This document shows positions 13,880 through 26,150 of a stretch of DNA of 64,000 nt, piece by piece (position 1 is the first letter of the stretch; each line of letters starts with the position of its first letter). The stretch covers positions 73,968,001-74,032,000 of the forward strand of contig NC_045696.1 of the NCBI RefSeq assembly GCF_009834535.1, read 5' to 3'. The stretch comes from Camelus ferus (taxonomy: Eukaryota). The notes below the pieces were generated by a model. It saw only the letters and a list, made by a program, of their open reading frames with translations, ran no database searches and had not been told where the DNA came from. Made by a program: the position numbers and the translations under genes.

Positions 13880-14000
13880 TCTCTATTTTTGGATGAGAAA
13901 ATTTGAGGTGCAGAGAAGTTTAATGCTGAGTTTGGAGTCACACTACTAATTGTAAAAGAATGGGGATTATGACTCAGGTCTTTTGACTTTCAACATGCAA
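13880..14000 (-). mobile_element. MIR SINE
   Basis: ttttggatgagaaaatttgaggtgcagagaagtt...actcaggtcttttgactt. Confidence 0.65.
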
Positions 14001-14062
14001 CATTCCTGAGCTACATTAAATTAAAAAATGCAATCTTAAATAAATAACAGAAGCAAGGCTAC

Positions 14063-14617
14063 TGAGTGATTGAATATACATATGGACAATGGCCAGACTA
14101 TATGTATGAATAGAACTCTGACCCACAGTTTGCAGCAACCTGCCCAGGAAACCAACTCATTATCTATAGTGAGCAGCCCAGGAAGCCAGCCTGCTATAAA
14201 TCAGAGTAGTAAAAAGTCAGAGTACTATCTCCAGTAACAGTAAAAACAACACAACAAAAACCCTTGTTATAATCTGCCCCAAATGTCCAGAACTTGAGTA
14301 ATAACCAACAGCTTCCATAATTTTTGTACCTGCTTCCAATTTAGGACCAGCCAGAAAAAGCCAAATACGTATTCCTAATTAATCACATAGGATTCCCCAC
14401 TTCTGTTGAGCCAGCCTACAGCTTCCCCTTGCCAACAGTTGTCATTCAAGGCATACCTGAAACCTTCCCTTTTTTTCCATTATAAAGCTTTCCCACTCTG
14501 CCTGCTTTGAATCTCTGCCAAAATGCAAGTGACAGTGGCTAACTTCTTTTCTGTAGCAAGCTCTGAATAAATAGCCTTTGCTTATTTTAATTTGGTTGAT
14601 CTTTATTCATTTCCGCA
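14063..14617 (+). mobile_element. MER89/MER90-like ERV1 solo LTR
   Basis: tggacaatggccagac...tagaactctgacccac...cagcccaggaagcc...caagctctgaataaatagcctttg; TG...CA ends with flanks ctac/ctgc. Confidence 0.8.
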
Positions 14618-14958
14618 CTGCTGTTCCTCATAATCAAAAATTTCCTTCAACATAACTCAAATATGACTCTCTCTCGATAGGACTACCTTCCCCTTAACCC
14701 TCTTACAGTGAGTGGTCTTATCCTCATTTCTCATTCTCCTCCTAGTGTATTGAACATGACAGAGGTGTCCTCCTTGCTCCCAAATATCATTTTTATGTCA
14801 TTTTGTCACTTTATTTGCTACTGTCATCCCATTTCTCATCTGAGGTTCAGATAATCCATTTAGGACACCTTATCCCCACTTGTAGTTTTGGGTACTGGTT
14901 TCCATAACCCATTCCTGTCTTCAGCATGTTGCATGGGGCATATTTACATTCTCTGTCT

Positions 14959-15389
14959 CTGAGTTGTCCAGTAAGGAAGCCACTATTCACATGTGGCTAT
15001 TAAGCACTTGAAATGTAGCAACCAAACTGAGATGTGCTGCCAGTGTGAAAAACACACTAAATTTTGAAGATGATGAACAATAAGAAGAATATAAAATTCT
15101 GGGGGAAGTGTATAGCTCATTGGTAGAGTGCATGCTTTGCATGCACGAGGTCCTGGGTTCAATCCATAGTGCCTCCATTGAGAAAATAAATAAATAATAA
15201 ACCTAATTACCGCCCGCCAAAAAAAAATTTTTATATTGTGAATTGAAATTTTGCAATTTAATATTTGAAATTGGTTTAAACAAAATATATTATTAATTTT
15301 ACTCATTTCTTTTTACTTTTTTAATGTGGCTACTAGAAATTTTTAAATTATACATGTGATACGTATTACCTTTCTATTGGTCAGTGCTA
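14959..15389 (-). mobile_element. MER33 (hAT-Charlie MITE), interrupted by a Vic-1 SINE
   Basis: gccactattcacatgtggctattaagcacttgaaatgt and aatgtggctactagaaatttttaaatta...tttctattggtcagtgct termini. Confidence 0.85.
15101..15227 (+). mobile_element. Vic-1-type tRNA-derived SINE (camelid)
   Basis: tRNA-like head with A box (tagctcattggtag) and B box (gggttcaatcc), then aataaataaataataaacctaattacc and an A tail, matching the camelid Vic-1 layout. Confidence 0.85.
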
Positions 15390-15479
15390 ATATCACCCAT
15401 TTTTCCTACTTCCTCATTATCTTAAAATTTGGCTTACGTTAATAGCCTCTGAATTGATAAACTTAATTTTTTCTTAATT

Positions 15480-16090
15480 CTCATTCTCATTGGTCTGTTT
15501 TCTTGTGCTTCACACAACTGAGATCCTCAGTTTCTTGCTTATCTTCCACTCTTGACCTCTGTAACTCTGAGCCACTCCAGTTCTCATTTGGTTTCTCTGA
15601 TTACTGTTCTGCTGTCCCATTCATTGGCTTCTCTTCATCATGCCTTAAAGGTCCAGCCATATGCTCTGCTTGTTTTTCTTCACTCTTTCCCTTAGATGTT
15701 TCATCCATTATAATGCCATAACTGTTGTAGAAATGAAAATGATCAAATCACCACCTTTGGACCTGCGCCCTCTCTTTGGCTGCAGTACTGTAGCTGCAGT
15801 TATCTGCTAGACATCTCTGTCATCAGTTTTAAAATTTCATATCTGAAGTGAAATGCATAATTTTGCTCTCAGAACCAGTTCTTCTCTTTTCTGTTTCTTC
15901 TTTATGGTGTCATGATTCTCTTTATGACTCAGCTTGAAACCTCTGATTTAAGTTGAACTCTTCCCTCTCTCCTTAGCCTCTACTGTCCATTCAGTCAGGA
16001 GGACCTAATGGAGTCCCTTGTATCCATTCTTTCTGTTATGCCACAGATGGATGTCTTCACGTGCTGCTCAGGCAGCTGCTGCTTTCTAAA
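15480..16090 (+). mobile_element. L2 internal fragment
   Basis: Pyrimidine-rich L2 motifs (atctgctagacatctct, actcagcttgaaacctctg, ctcttccctctctcctta). Confidence 0.6.
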
Positions 16091-16897
16091 CCCAGGTTAC
16101 CCAGGAGCATGGTATGGGTATGAAACACCAAGGGATGGGGTTGGGAGCCATTCCATAGATCATTGCTGCAAAACGATTTATTCATAGTACTTTTAAAAAA
16201 ATGTTAACGTATCATTTTGGCTCATGGGTGAAACTAGGATTAAAAAAGGAACTGTTCTTATATAGTCATAGTCAGAGGCAGCATTCTTTATTTGGAGGGA
16301 AAGAGCTGAATGTAGACATACAGGCAGAAAAGACAGAATGAAAGCACAGTATAGACAGTGGGAGAGTTGAGGAGAAGAGAAATGAGCCTTATCACTCAAA
16401 CCACATTGACTATGAAACATACTGCAGTCACAGTGTTCTGAAATCCTCTTTATCGGATACACTGGGATTGTGAAAAAGGCTATGTGAGTACTAAGGCTTT
16501 TGCATTACTGACAGTATTTTAAACTATTTAATATTCTGTTGCTTTGGATTTTAAGCCCTCCTCCTCCCCTCCTTTTTTTTTTTTTTTTTTTTGACAGAAA
16601 TGTAGTTCCTAAAGAGATAAAAACCACTTTATGCATTCTTTTAATTTCTTTGACACCTTTTACATAGATGGTATTTTTTGGCCACAGGAAAACACTCCAT
16701 AATTCTCAAAGATGTGAAACTGAAAGCTTCAAGAAAGCAAAGCATAAAGATCTTTGGTTGGTCCTGGATAGAAGTTCCTTAGGAATTCAAATAAAATATA
16801 AACAGATTATGTATAATACAAAATTGTATCTGAGTTTGGGCTGGCTGGTCAAAGATGAAAATGCCAAAAGACTGTGCCTTGTTCCTGCATTGACACA

Positions 16898-17263
16898 TGT
16901 TGACCTAAAACAAATAGACTATCAAATATTTCTCCAGCTAAAGTGAGTTTATTGGAGATCAACAAGGAATTGCAATTCAAGGTCTAGAACTATGGGGAGC
17001 CACAGTACAAGTTCCCACACAGCAAGAAGTGAGCTCTTTCACAGAGGAGAAAATGAAGTTGGGAGGGCTAAAGTAATGAATAGTTCGTTGGAGGAATTGA
17101 GAGTTGAAGTATAGTGACTTTTCATTGGCTGAACTCTTGCCAGGCAAGAAGAGGAAGTCTTTTTTTCTTCCTAATGGGCTCTGCTATTGTTGTGGAACAT
17201 GAGAGCCCTCCTATCTGCCTCTTGACTATTTTTATTGAAGTTTCTGTTTTACTAATTTTTACA
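16898..17263 (-). mobile_element. ERV1-type solo LTR, family unassigned
   Basis: tgttgacc...ttttaca termini, perfect 4-bp TSD caca (16894-16897 and 17264-17267), tttatt (minus-strand polyA signal) near 16948, attgg (minus-strand CCAAT) near 17124. Confidence 0.8.
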
Positions 17264-17564
17264 CACATGATATGCTGTACTTTTCCTTCAAGTTTTGCAA
17301 AACACTTCACAAAGGCAGATTATTCCCTTTGGTGCACCTTCCCATGAAAGCTTTCATTTCTTTGTTGTTTTGTTATTTAAGCCTGTGACATCATTCTGAT
17401 GTTTTCTATCTTAGTTAAAAAATCAGTGAGTACAGTAAGACATTGTAATTTTGATTTCAGTCTCATGTTTCTGCCCTTTGATGAGATTCCCATCTGATCA
17501 TCTTTTCTTTCTTGTCTAAGAGGATATACTCCTGATAATCGTATTATTTACTTTTGTTTTAGTT

Positions 17565-17736
17565 TACTGGTTCTCAAACTTCAGTGTACATAAATATAGC
17601 TTAGAGGAGCTAATTTAAAATGCCGATTACAAGTCACCAGTCCCAAAGATGCTGATTGAGTAAGTCTAGGATAAGAATTTTAATAGGTTCTCTACTGAAT
17701 GCAGGACATTGTGAGATCATACTGTCAGCAGCACTG
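17565..17736. mobile_element. MER5-type hAT-Charlie MITE
   Basis: tggttctcaaactt...ctgattgagtaagtctagg...cactg; 8-bp flanks ttttagtt/gcttagtt. Confidence 0.65.
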
Positions 17737-17989
17737 GCTTAGTTAATTTAAGAAAATGTGTTCCCTTTCCTAAGTTATGTGTGCATGTTCCTATTTTCTA
17801 CTGTGGAATATAATTTTTATGTCCCTGTACATGAAATTTCAGAGATTCAAAGGAAACAAATAGGGGAATAAGTAAAAGTCTACCTGGTATGGGAAGGTTA
17901 TAGTGACTAAAAGAAAAGTTTTAAAATAGTATTAAAATATGTATTTCCTCTAGAGAGCTTTTTCTTTTAAAGTACAAACTCAAAACTTA

Positions 17990-18769
17990 TAATATTAAAC
18001 AAATAAAATTAAATTTTGATAAATATTATTAGAGCATATATAGCATAGGAAATCACAAAAGTCTACCTTGTTCATTGAAAATATGCATATGAACAATTAA
18101 CACAAAGGGAATCTATTACACTTGTAACTTTTTATCATTCCATAATCATACCTAAATTAAAAAATTATAATTAAAATAGCAGTTCCCAATGTTAAATGCC
18201 TATTACACACTTCAAAGGAAAATCATGTACAGCAATTTTTAAAGATTTGAATGTAAAGCATTAGTTTGCTTATTATTTGTTAACAAATATAGTTTGGATT
18301 GACAACAATATTCATTAAGGATAGCGTGTATCTATACTATCTGTATTTCATTTGAATAATATTTATGATAGAGAAATAAGTCTCATAGAGGTATGTTGAT
18401 GGGAATGGGAAAAGAAATTTTAAAGTAATTTCAGAAAACTCAGAATCCCAGCTTTCAAGTTTTATCTCTAATGATGCAAATAAGACCATATTTTGAAAAT
18501 GATCTTTTAAGTCTTTATCAGTAGCTAGTTCCAACAATTTATATTGTAAAGTTTTTTTGACAAGCTTAAATTATCTTTCAGCAGAAGAAATTAATTCAAA
18601 ATTCATGAATTTCCTGTGTGGATTTTCTTCTGAAGGAAAATAAAACTCAGTACATTCTACCAAATTTATAATGTATTTGGTGGCAGCTTTTCATAAATAT
18701 GTAATATCAAGATTATCATCTACTTATTGATAATTGTTCAATTATGGAGCATACCATAATAATGTAGAC

Positions 18770-18770
<1 letters not shown>
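17990..18770 (-). mobile_element. Charlie2-like hAT DNA transposon fragment with disabled transposase C-terminus
   Basis: Minus-strand translation EFYFPSEENP...LLELATDKDLK...FLFPFPSTYLYETYFS...KYR resembles the hAT dimerisation region (FPSTYLCETGFS) of Charlie2/ZMYM6-type transposases; contains stops and frameshifts. Confidence 0.8.

Positions 18771-18772
<2 letters not shown>

Positions 18773-18805
<33 letters not shown>
18773..18805 (+). repeat. Poly(T) run of 33 nt
   Basis: Directly visible homopolymer. Confidence 0.95.
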
Positions 18806-18807
<2 letters not shown>

Positions 18808-18975
18808 CATCCTAAAAAGAAAACAATCAGGTAACTCTTAACTGCATTGCTCAACATTGGAACAGCTAGAATGGGATTAGCCAAGTGAAGAAATGGATGA
18901 AATCTGATTTTTAGTTTTTCTTTCATCTTTTTGTTACTTTTAGGGAAGAGATAAGTATTGCCAAGAAAGTCCCCC

Positions 18976-19467
18976 TTTTTTATTGTGGTAAAATACACAT
19001 AACATAAAATTTACCATTTGACCAATTCTGTGGCATTAGGTACATTCACATTGTTGGGCAGTCACCACTACCTTCCATATCCAGAACTTTTTCATCTTCC
19101 CCAACTGAAACTGTGTACCCAATAAATACTAACTCCCCATTCATGCCTCCCCCAGCCCTTGGCAACCACTGTTCTACTTTATGTCTCTATGAATTTGACT
19201 ACTCTAGGTACCTCATATATGTGGAATCATACAATATTTGTCCTCTAGTGACTGGTTATTTCACTTAGTGTAGTATCTTCAGGATTCATCCATATTGTAG
19301 CATGTGTCAGAATTTCCTTCCTTTTTAAGGCTGAATAATACTTCATTGTATGTATACGCCACATTTTGTTTATCCATTCATCCATCAGTGGACACTTGGG
19401 TTACATCCATCTTCTGACTCTTATAAATAATGCTGCTGTGAACATTGGTATACAAATAGCTGTTTGA
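18976..19467 (-). mobile_element. L1MB-type LINE-1 3' end
   Basis: tttattgtggtaaaatacacataacataaaattt...ctaggtacctcatatatgtggaatcatac; degenerate TSD agaaagtccccc / agaaggcccc. Confidence 0.9.
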
Positions 19468-20159
19468 AGGAGAAGGCCCCTTTTCTAATTTAGGAAAAGC
19501 CCTATAGGTTTATTGCTATGCTTTCTAGATACATAAAGTTTATTCTCAGCCACCTACTGATAGAGTGGATATAATACTACCACTTGCTTGCAGAACACAA
19601 AAATCCCTGGGTGGAAAGTCTGCTGCATTATTATTTATTTATCTTCTGTCTGTCACAAATAACTTCCTTGTTCAAGAGACAGTGAAGTCTTCAAGTGAAA
19701 TATCACTCCAGAACTGGAGTACAGGTTTGCCAACCAGTGACCTGGAACCAATCCATATGCAGTAGCATTACAGCATACATAATACAGAGGTATAAGAGAA
19801 AAATAAAAATACATCAGAGTGCCCATGAAACCTGTAGCAAACTTGTTTCTAGCTCAGCTCTTTCTGCCCTTACAAGAAAGAAATGAAGGAAGTATTACTG
19901 TTTAAGCAGAACCAAAAGGATTGAGTATGAGGTGGATGTGCTTTCAGAAAGGGGTAAATATAGTCAGAAGGAAGATTAAAAAGAACTAGAGCTTTGGCTG
20001 GATCATTGGGTTAAGCAGAGGCCTAGGAATGAGAGAATGTCACTTTGGGGGATCTCCTCTGGGCAGTCTTTCCAAAGCACCCCCTCCACCCTGGCCTGTG
20101 TTAGTGCTATCACAACACCCTACCAGTAGCTCCTCATAACATTCCTCTCCTAGTGTGAA

Positions 20160-20450
20160 AGGGCATAAAGCACTCTCCTAGCGCCCCTGGAGTTTATACT
20201 CTGATTATGGAGAAGAGGAATAGTTCAATAAAAGTAAAGCAACCAAGCAACATGAGATATAATGAATGGCAGAGACAAAGGTGCTTTAGAGAAAAAGGGA
20301 ATCGATATGTGCTGATGCACTTGGAAGCTGACTCAGGCAGAAGTTGGAAGTTAGAACTGAAAGGACAGGTAGGGTCTGGATAGGCGGAGAGGAGACTGAG
20401 GGGCCCTCTGAGAGGTGTTAACTTGTGTAAGTTAGACCAAAGATGGAAGA
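20160..20450 (-). mobile_element. L2 fragment
   Basis: ccctggagtttatactctga...gaactgaaaggacaggtagg. Confidence 0.5.
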
Positions 20451-21949
20451 AAAAACAGATTTTTTTTTGTCAGTACTAGAATGTTCTTTGTCAAAAAGAA
20501 AAAAAAAGAAAGAAATGACAGTTTAAATCCAAGCAGCAGCAGCTGTCTCCTTTATAAGCACTTCCACACTTGTAACAAAAAAAGCTTCCTTTCCTTTCCT
20601 TTTTTTTTTTTTTTTTTTTGAGATCACTAGACTTCACAACTTGACAGGATTATCTCTTTTCAAGGACTTTTGTAGTGTAAGGAACAATTTAACAACTTTT
20701 TTCAACTTTGCAAATTGGGTCAATCTGTGTAAAACTTTCAGGTTAAATTCTGAGTACACATCAGAGTGTCAGGTTGGGGTTTGGCAGAACTGGGTCTTTA
20801 GATTCCTTGATAACTTTGTGCAGAGGTTGCCAAAGGAGTTGAGGACACAAAGGATTTCAAGATTCTCTATACCTAGTGAATTTATCGATAGTTTCACAGT
20901 TTACCTCTTATCTTCGAATGAACGATTCTAATGAGCAGCTTGAGAATGTGCACAATAAATACTCACTAAAGAGCAATTTAGAAGAAATAACCATTGAGCA
21001 TTCAATGAAGAGTAATTTTACACATTTCCCTAAAGTAATTAACATTCTTTTTCCTTGTTTTAAGTTTTGTTTTTACCTCAATTACCTTAATGTTGCTCTT
21101 AGTAAAATTGTTTAAAATAAGAGTCATTGGAGTTGGATCTTCCTTGATTAAATGTTAGAAATACTGGAATAAATAGACCAAAACTGTATCTGAAGCTGTT
21201 GAGTACAGATCAGTGGTCCTGATGTTTTCTAAGGAAGTCTTATGTTTCACATTAGACTTGGAATTTAAGACATGGAGGACCATCATCCCTGGAGTTCCAT
21301 TTGTACCTCCACCTTTGTGAAAACAAAGCACACAAAAGGCTAATGACTTGGAAGTATTATCTGGAGTTAGGTGAACTCCTTCCTTCTCACATCTTGTCTT
21401 GGAAACAAGCTAGTAAAAGTTGTGTTACCCCAAGTGGAGCTGAGGTGAGGCTTTGTAGACATGTTCCGAAAGTCTAGCCTTGAGGTAGAGAAGAAGCAAG
21501 AATTTCTAGAAATTAAATATCTATGATCCCTGAACCAAAGGGTATTAACTAAAACATATATGCCTCTATCATCCACAAAATACATTTCTTGCAAATACAA
21601 TGGCTTTCTCAAACTTTTTGACCATTTTCTGTTGGAATGAGAACTTGTAGGTAATAATGAAGTGTCCTTGTTAACCTTCCCCCTGCTATCCTCCATGGAC
21701 TGAATTTCATATAACTGTTTTAACAATGGAAGTGTGAATGACTCATTAGAACCACATTTCATTCTTGTCTTAAGACCTGTCAGTACAAAATTATATACCC
21801 AAAATACTATTGGTATAAGCATGACATCATTACAAATAGTTGAGTAACCAAACAACCATTAACAAACTCGATTGATAATGTTAAAGCTAAATGAAAAGTT
21901 CTTTAAAATTAAAAAACAAGAATTGAAGCAATTAGTGACCTGAAGCAAT

Positions 21950-22150
21950 TCATTTCATTCATTCAGCTAACAAATATATACCAAACACTTACAATTTTCC
22001 AGATATGCTATGGGCTGGGTACACAGTGGTGGAAAAACCAGCCATGACCACTGATCTTTTAGAGCTAATAGTCTGATCTAGACTTTAATTAAATAAATTA
22101 ATTACAGTTATGTAAGTGGTATGGGATAAAAGTACAATGTGTTATGGTTA
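21950..22150 (-). mobile_element. L2 3' end
   Basis: ttcatttcattcattcagctaacaaatat...gggctgggtacacagtgg. Confidence 0.7.
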
Positions 22151-22479
22151 TGATGGTGTTTAACACATCTGTGAGGTAATTTGGGGATAAAACATGTAAT
22201 CTTTGTAAAAGTTAAAAAGGCTAAGAGGTAGGGAACAATTCTGGTGTTGGGCCAGTTTTAGCTTTTGATACTAAATATAAGTAGCGTTTAATAAATCATT
22301 TAGTAGGTTACTAGTAAGTAGCCTCACATGTACATAACAGTAAGTCTATGGTATTTCATGTCATTTATCCAGCCCATGACAACCAAAGAAGGAACTAACA
22401 ATTTTGAATCACATATGAGGAGAAAACTTGCAACTCCCAAGTTATCAAAGACCATAGTTTAAGAATTATCATCCTAGAC

Positions 22480-22792
22480 CAAGGGTTAGCAAATTGCAAC
22501 CTGTTTTTGTATGGTCCATGAGCTAGGGATGGGTTTTACATTTTGAAATGGTTAAAGAATAAATAAAAAGAAAAACAACCTTTTGTGATATGTGCAAATT
22601 ACATGAAATTCAAATTTGTATCCATAAATAAAGGTTAACTGGGACTCAGCCATGGTCTTTCATTTATGTATTATCTGTGGCTGCTTTTGTGCTCCAAAAG
22701 CAGTGTTGAGTAGTTGAGACAGATACCTTATGACCTTCAAAGCCTAAAATGTTACTGTCTGGCCCTTTACAGAAAAAGTTTGCTGACCCCTG
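22480..22792 (+). mobile_element. MER58B-like hAT-Charlie MITE
   Basis: TIRs caagggttagcaaa / tttgctgacccctg, ctggccctttacagaaaaag 3' motif, 8-bp flanks tcctagac/ccctagaa. Confidence 0.88.
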
Positions 22793-22910
22793 CCCTAGAA
22801 TATAGCAATTTAAATGACCCCTATTAGCAGCATCACCTGTCCCCAACTTTATAACTTTTCTTGAAAGATCTTAGAAATATGATCCCCAGAATGATGACCC
22901 CAATTTTTTT

Positions 22911-23460
22911 TGTGATGGTTAATTTTATGTATCAATTTTCCTGGATCATGGTGTGCCCAGGCAATTTACTAAACATTATTTCTGGGTGTGTCTGTGAGGA
23001 TGTTTCTGGATGAGGCTAGCATTTGAATCAGTAGACTGAGTAAATCAGATTGCCGACCTCCCCCTGTGTCAAACAATGTGAGTGAGCATCATCCAATTCA
23101 CTGAGGACTTGAATGGAACAAAAAGGCAGAGGAAGGGAGAATTTGCCCCTTTTGCTGACTGCTTGAGCTGGGACATTGGTCTTTTCCTACCGGTGGACTG
23201 AAACTTACATCAGCCGCTCCCTGGTTCTTAGACCTTTGGACTTGGACTGAACTACAAACACTAGCTCTCCTGCATCTTCAGCTTGCAGACAGACAGTAGA
23301 TTGTGGGACTTATCCTCCAGAATCACAGGATCCAATTCCTCATAATCACCTAATCTCTCTCTCTCCCTCTCTCTCTCCCTCTCTCTCTCTCTCTTTCTAT
23401 GTATGTGTATATATATATATACCTATTGTTCTGTTTCTCTGAAAAACCTTAACTAATACA
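22911..23460 (+). mobile_element. MLT2 (ERVL) solo LTR, MLT2C/D-like
   Basis: tgtgatggttaattttatgt start and ttctgtttctctgaaaaaccttaactaataca end, with an internal (CT)n(TA)n tract. Confidence 0.9.
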
Positions 23461-24309
23461 TCCTTGTTTAAAATTGACTAATCATAGGCTAGTATAGTAA
23501 GGCCAATACTAATCAATTGGTGTTGGGCCAAAGTAACTAAGGGTGACTTAAAAAATTCAATTTACTGATTCATGAATGGAAGGAACTTAACTGCATAGAT
23601 GTACAATCAGTCCATTGCAACAAAAACATATGCTTCTGAACAAAAGAAAGTTTTTGGTAGAGGTGTTATCTCAGTTATCTGAGTTTCCTTAGAGTTTTTC
23701 TCTGGGAACTCAGGACACAAGATGAAAATGGACTTTACTCAAGACATGAGGAAGCCTACTCTTAGGCTTTGTTCACCCAGCAGAACTTGCAACCTGCTGC
23801 CTTTTTGTAGACATCCTATGGTCACTGGTTATGTGAACCCAGATGGTGTGATCTCTCAGAGTTCCTAAGATTTCTCTGAGAGTTGACCTCTAAGGGGGCC
23901 TCCAGTCTTTCCTAATTAGAGAGCCCTGCCTTAGATTATCCCTTTGGTCTTACCACTCAATGGAGCTATAGTCTCAGAGCATCCCTTTTCTCCTCTGAGC
24001 CTTAATTAAACACCACAAATTGAGATTTGGAAATCATATACTACAAAAAGAGCAATCACTGTAACCTGTCCCTAGAATTTACTTTTCATCTTTTCTCTCA
24101 GCAGCCCCAATTCCCACACTTCCGTTAACACTTTTTCTGAGTCCTTTTCTAAATGATGGCTCCCAATTGAGTTGTCTTTAGGCTTATGGATATTTCAGGC
24201 CCAGTGCTCTCTATTTCTCCTTGTTTCAAGCCTGTTCTACCCATAGACCCAATCTTACCCTCCCAGTCTAAAACTGGTTTTGTCCTGTTTCATCAGACAA
24301 TTAAGGAAC

Positions 24310-24765
24310 GTTTAGTTAAGATTGTCCAGAGAAATAGAACCAAAGGGACGTGTGTATGTGTAAGTGCATATATATATGTAGATATATATAGGATGTGTAC
24401 ATAATAGGATATGTGTGTATATATATGTGTGTATGTATGTACATATGTATTAATAGGATGTCTGTATATATATGTTTATATAATTTCATATATATACAGA
24501 GAGAGAGAAAAGGAATTGACTTCTATGACTATGGAGGCTAGTGAGTCTAAAATCTGCAGGGCCAGCAGGCTGGAGACCCAGGAGTGCTGGTGGTGCAGAC
24601 AGATTCTGAAGGCAGAATTCCCATTTGCTTTTGTTCTATTCAAGCCTTCAACTGATCGGATGAGGCTCGCCCACATAAGTAATCTGTTTACTCAAAATTG
24701 AGTGATTTAAAAGTTAGTCTCATTCAAAAACACCCTCCAAGTTGATACATTAAATTAACCTTTAT
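24310..24765 (-). mobile_element. MLT2 (ERVL) solo LTR
   Basis: tccagagaaatagaacc...aaggaattgact...ggaggctagtgagtctaaaatctgcagg...caagttgatacattaaattaacc, with an expanded TA/TG tract. Confidence 0.85.
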
Positions 24766-24794
24766 ATTAAGCTAACTTTGGTTTGATTTGGATA

Positions 24795-25030
24795 TTTAGC
24801 TGGCATTTATTAAGTGTCTGCTGTTTGTCAGACACTTTATTCCTCTTTGAATCATACAGCAACCAGCAAGTTAGGTAATACTGTTATTTTACTGATAAAG
24901 AAAGTTGAGCTCTGTGAAGTGAGAACATTGTTCCAGATCTTACAGCATGTAAATGGCAGACCCAGAATTGTGAATTCAGACTTGTTTGATTCCAAAGTCT
25001 GTGTTCTTTCTATTGCGCTGTAGTACCTGA
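24795..25030 (-). mobile_element. MIR SINE
   Basis: atttattaagtgtctgctg...ttttactgataagaaagttgagctctg...gattccaaagtctgtgttctt. Confidence 0.75.
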
Positions 25031-25469
25031 GAGACCAATTTCAGCTTCTGAATTCTTGGTTAGAGGATGCCTTTTAGGGCCAGTAAATACAATTTACTGA
25101 AATGCAAAGTCACAATGTATGCAACTTTGTCAGCTATATGTTTTTTTGGTATGTAGAGTGGGATATGGCAGATGTCAGGAAGCAATAGGCATCTGCTGTA
25201 GCCAGAAAATTGCACCCACATAAACATCAGTTGCCTAAATGTTTTCTTTCATATATCCTGATATTTCTCAGAAGTGCACCATCTGCTCATCAATAGATAC
25301 CAGGACATGTCTGCAGCAGTTTTTCTTGTCAAGTTATCTCTCTTACAATGCATTAGTTTGGTTCTTATGCATACTTAATCCAATCCAGTAAAAAGCATAC
25401 AGTATTTGCTGGCTCATTCACCCCAAAGGAAGGGAATATATACTGAATTGATTCAACGTGGAGAAACTG

Positions 25470-25712
25470 AATGTGTGGAGATTAAGAGCTCAGTCTCTGG
25501 TATTTGACAAAACTAGCTTAAAATTTTAGCTTTTGAATTTTAGCAGTTTACTTTATTACTCTAAGCCTTAGTTTCCTCATTTACAAAATAAAGACAGTGA
25601 AAATAGTGCTTACCTCATAGGGTTTTGGGAAAATTAAATAAGGTATATGTATTTGAAACACAGCACAGTGATTATCTCATACTAAGAACTCAATAAATGT
25701 TACATGTTTTTA
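25470..25712 (+). mobile_element. MIR SINE
   Basis: ctctaagccttagtttcctcatttacaaaat...cttacctcatagggtt...actcaataaatgtta. Confidence 0.8.
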
Positions 25713-25829
25713 TCTTGATCTTTTTTTTTACTTGCGTGACTTTCTCCTTTATTGTGAGTAGACTATGGTTAGTTGCTCTTTCGTTTGGCCCTATATGCTA
25801 TGTAGTGTTTTAAAATCAAACTAACCTCT

Positions 25830-26150
25830 CCATTCATTGTTTATCCAAAAAATATTTAATATGCCTTAAGTATTTTTCTAGTTGTGTGGAAGGAAACAGT
25901 AAGCCAAAGGACAATGTCTAAGTCAAGGTCTAAGAGCCCTTAGGGCTTTGAGTCTAATGTGGCATTGAGCAAATACCCATACTCACACAGGTTCCCAAAT
26001 AATTATAGTGAGGGGAGAATGAGAACAAGGAAGGTGGGGAATTGGGAGGGAGCACTTGACTTTATAAGTGACATTTGAATTGAATTCTGATGAATGAGTA
26101 GGATCTCACTAAGGGGAGAGAAATAGCAAGATGAAAAAATATTTTAGAGG
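25830..26150 (-). mobile_element. L2 fragment
   Basis: cattcattgtttatccaaaaaatatttaat...gtgacatttgaattgaattctgatgaatgagtagga. Confidence 0.6.

Noticed and set aside
15101..15175. Possible tRNA-Ala gene
   Set aside because: It continues into the SINE-specific AT-rich tail and A run, the stems are imperfect, and it is inserted inside MER33.
21367..21855. 162-aa minus-strand ORF
   Set aside because: Non-ATG start and no recognisable homology; consistent with a chance frame.
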